DNA of 64,000 bases from Octopus vulgaris (lineage: Eukaryota). The stretch spans positions 27,218,001-27,282,000 of the forward strand of contig OX597817.1 of NCBI GenBank assembly GCA_951406725.2. The letters are read 5' to 3'. The position numbers and the translations under genes are program-made. Below are positions 61,265 to 64,000 of the stretch, piece after piece (within the stretch, counting starts at the first letter, position 1; each line of letters opens with the position of its first letter). The notes beneath the pieces were generated by a model. The model was not told where the DNA came from and did no database searches. It was given only the letters and a program-made list of their open reading frames with translations.

Positions 61265-62910
61265 AGATTAGTGTACATTTTTATACCCAAAAGAGGTGAG
61301 CCTAACAGGACACCTTACATGATAAAAGGAGCAGTCAAAGCCCAAACCACGGTTAAGAGTAATTTTGAAGGGGATGAAAAGTAAAAACATTTTCAATAGT
61401 TACCACATGCACCTACAGATGTGCAAACTGGTGCTTGTATAGCAACCAGTCTTCTTCGTGTAGCACCTTCCTGTTGTTCATGGCTGGTCTCAAATTGTTT
61501 ATAAGGAGGATCCCCATGATTCTGAGATTTCCCCCATTGCGTTGGGTTGCCTTGATGGAAACTTTGAAATTCAGGGTTGGCACTTCCTAAGACCTTTACA
61601 TTTTAGTGACAGCCCATTTACTCCGAATCTGAAAGGAATCTATATCCCCACCCTCTCTCTCTGTATGAGGGAGTGCTGAAAAGTTTCTGGCTTTAAGGGT
61701 ATCACGAAAGGCTTCGCTGTGATTTCAATCTGCACAAACGCGGCTTTGGCTCTGGTGGGCAGGGCTGATTCGTAACGGTCGCTTTTCTATAAAAAAAAAT
61801 TGTGTTGACGTAATACTCCACTGTGATCTTGATTTGGAAATCTAGCAGAGAGAACTTCCTAAGGTGTTTTTTTTTTTTGAAGTGTCCGTGTGCATATGCT
61901 ACTTTATTCAAATGTGCAGTCTCCTTGTATGATGCCCCATATTTATTGCAGACTACTTCATAGACTTTATAGGCTCTCGAGCATGTTTTGATGTCTGTTT
62001 CTTTACTACCCACAAGGGGCTACACAAAGAGGGGACAAACAAAGACAGACAAATGGATTAAGTCGATTATATCGACCACAGTGCGTAACTGCTACTTAAT
62101 TTATCGACCCCGAAAGGATGAAAGGCAAAGTCGACCTCGGCGGAATTTGAACTCAGAACGTAACGGCAGACGAAATACGGCTACGCATTTCGCCCGGCGT
62201 GCTACCGATTCTGCCAGCTCGCCGCTTTGTTATGATGTTGATGGGCAGCTGGTGAGTGCGCAACCTACGTTGATATCTGCGGTAATTTCCCTCAACAGAA
62301 CTTTCCTTTGGAATGGACCGGTGTGCACCAACTGTATGTTAAGTCCCTCCCTGAAGATCGCGTGTTGAATAGCTACAGCTGCTCTGCCGTTGAAGTAAGG
62401 CAGTTTAAGGAAGCACTTTTCTGACTTGGTGTTATGGGCTTTATTGTGTTTCGTTTTGCTCTGATATAGTCGTTGGATCGAAAATGAAAAGATCCTAGTC
62501 GTTTAGCTGCAGATGATGGATAGCCGTTGTGTGCTAAGTTCCCGAGGAACCGCATGGAGTTGGTAGCTTTGTCCGTTGCTTCGCTACATCTGTCTCTTAT
62601 ACGTGTGATTTCATTCTGCATATACGCGGCTTTGGCTCTGGTGGGCAGGGCTGATTCGTAACGGTCGCTTTTCTATAAAAAAATTTGTGTTGACGTAATA
62701 CTCCACTGTGATCTTGATTTGGAAATCTAGCAGAGAGAAGCGATTCTGGACTCGTCCGGGTGTTCGATTTCGAATTTGATATGGTTGTCGACGTTGCTGA
62801 AGTACTGATGTATGGCGGTCGCCTCTTCCTAGAAGGGTGTCGTCGACGAATCTTGAGAAGACGTATGAGTATCAGGTGTTAAGCGGCATGCATTCAAGTT
62901 GATCCATGTA
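61265..62910 (-). pseudogene. Penelope-like retroelement: RT C-terminus plus GIY-YIG endonuclease
   Basis: RT motifs FSRFVDD, HIKFEIE, SLLDF, SALP and LAHNGYP. GIY-YIG motifs VYEVVCNKYGASYKET and LRIMGILLINNLRPAMN. Interrupted by two insertions. Confidence 0.88.
61995..62226 (-). mobile_element. SINE family B nested in Penelope
   Basis: CpG-rich full copy with imperfect TSD TGTT(T/A)TGATGT. Confidence 0.9.
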
Positions 62911-63143
62911 AGAGACAGCCAACAGTTTTAGTGTCTATTAACCTATAACGAAGCTGGTTAATGAGGATAATGTTGGAATGAGATATATACAACTTGAGAT
63001 TGAAACTGAACTGGTAAGCGATGTTTTATTCTCCGTTATAAAATACAATGATTGCCATACATGAACTGACATAACATAACAGGTTATTACAAAGATGTGT
63101 GAGAGAACTTCGTGGTTAGGCTGGATTGTTAATGTTATAAACA

Positions 63144-63514
63144 TGGATGGAAGCACTCCGTCGGTTACGACGACGAGGGTTCCGGTTGATCCGAATCAAC
63201 GGAACAGCCTGCTCGTGAAATTAACGTGTAAGTGGCTGAGCACTCCGCAGACACGTGTACCCTTAACGTAGTTCTCGGGGATATTCAGCGTGACACAGAG
63301 ATTGACAAGGCCGGCCCTTTGAAATACAGGTACAACAGAAACAGGAAGTAAGAGTGAGAGAAAGTTGTGGTGAAAGAGTACAGCAGGGATCACCACCATC
63401 CCCTGCCGGAGCCTCGTTGAGCTTTAGGTGTTTTCGCTCAATAAACACTCACAACGCCCGGTCTGGGAATCGAAACCGCGATCCTATGACCGCGAGTCCG
63501 CTGCCCTAACCACT
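63144..63514 (-). mobile_element. SINE family F
   Basis: tRNA-like head, body shared with 1-358 and family C, own 3' tail ending GGAGTGCTTCCA. Confidence 0.88.
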
Positions 63515-64000
63515 AGTTGACATACTGTTGGTGGTGTGTAGAAACAGCCGTTGGTCATGTGATGTTCATACAGAAATGATGCAGACAAGCGTCTGGTGGA
63601 GAAGTAAACGGAGAGTGGCTGGTGTCAGATACACCGTTGCTGGAGACGAGTTATGCGTGGTCAGTGGCGAGTACCAAAGCCATAGAACAGTCGAAAACTG
63701 CCGTATTTATAGGGAATAATGGGCTCCCAGAAGCTGGTGATTAATTTCCCGCGTAAGGAAAAATAAACTGTTGCGCCAATACGATTGAACAGCTGAAAGC
63801 CGACCATTACAAACAACAGATTCGTTTTATCACGATGTTATGTGACCGCTGGAACAAAAAGGCCTTGGGGAGCCGATATTGGGGGTATTTAAGCCTAGAT
63901 GAGTCAAAATGAAAACATCTCACTCAATGACAGTGTAAATCACTACTGCTGCAAGCCTTTGGTTTACATGCAGCTATCTGTGAATATTGTATACAACTGT

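Overview
This is AT-rich, repeat-dominated animal genomic DNA. The SINE families and RTE 3' ends match what I recall of Octopus genomes, but that assignment is from memory and not a database result. No intact protein-coding gene is recognisable, and almost all ORFs in the track come from microsatellites or SINEs. The window holds more than 30 copies of at least five tRNA-headed SINE families and about 10 RTE-LINE 3' ends, with one longer parent fragment carrying RT and a PHD-like finger. It also holds decayed CR1, BovB-like RTE, Penelope (RT + GIY-YIG), mariner, Tc1 and DD37D-like elements, several MITEs, two complete non-autonomous Helitrons and a 3-kb fossil Helitron RepHel gene. The most interesting signal is a near-canonical type I hammerhead ribozyme fold at 61014-61090, with a second, minimal Penelope-type hammerhead at 44231-44265. 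Each hammerhead sits in a short unit wedged between (TA)n tracts. Other notable features are repeated fold-back duplications anchored at TA tracts, a two-template local insertion with a 10-bp duplication inside the Penelope endonuclease, a tailless tRNA-head retrocopy, and a microsatellite born in the Helitron catalytic-tyrosine motif. One low-confidence host exon candidate lies at 13494-13684. Boundaries of decayed elements are approximate.
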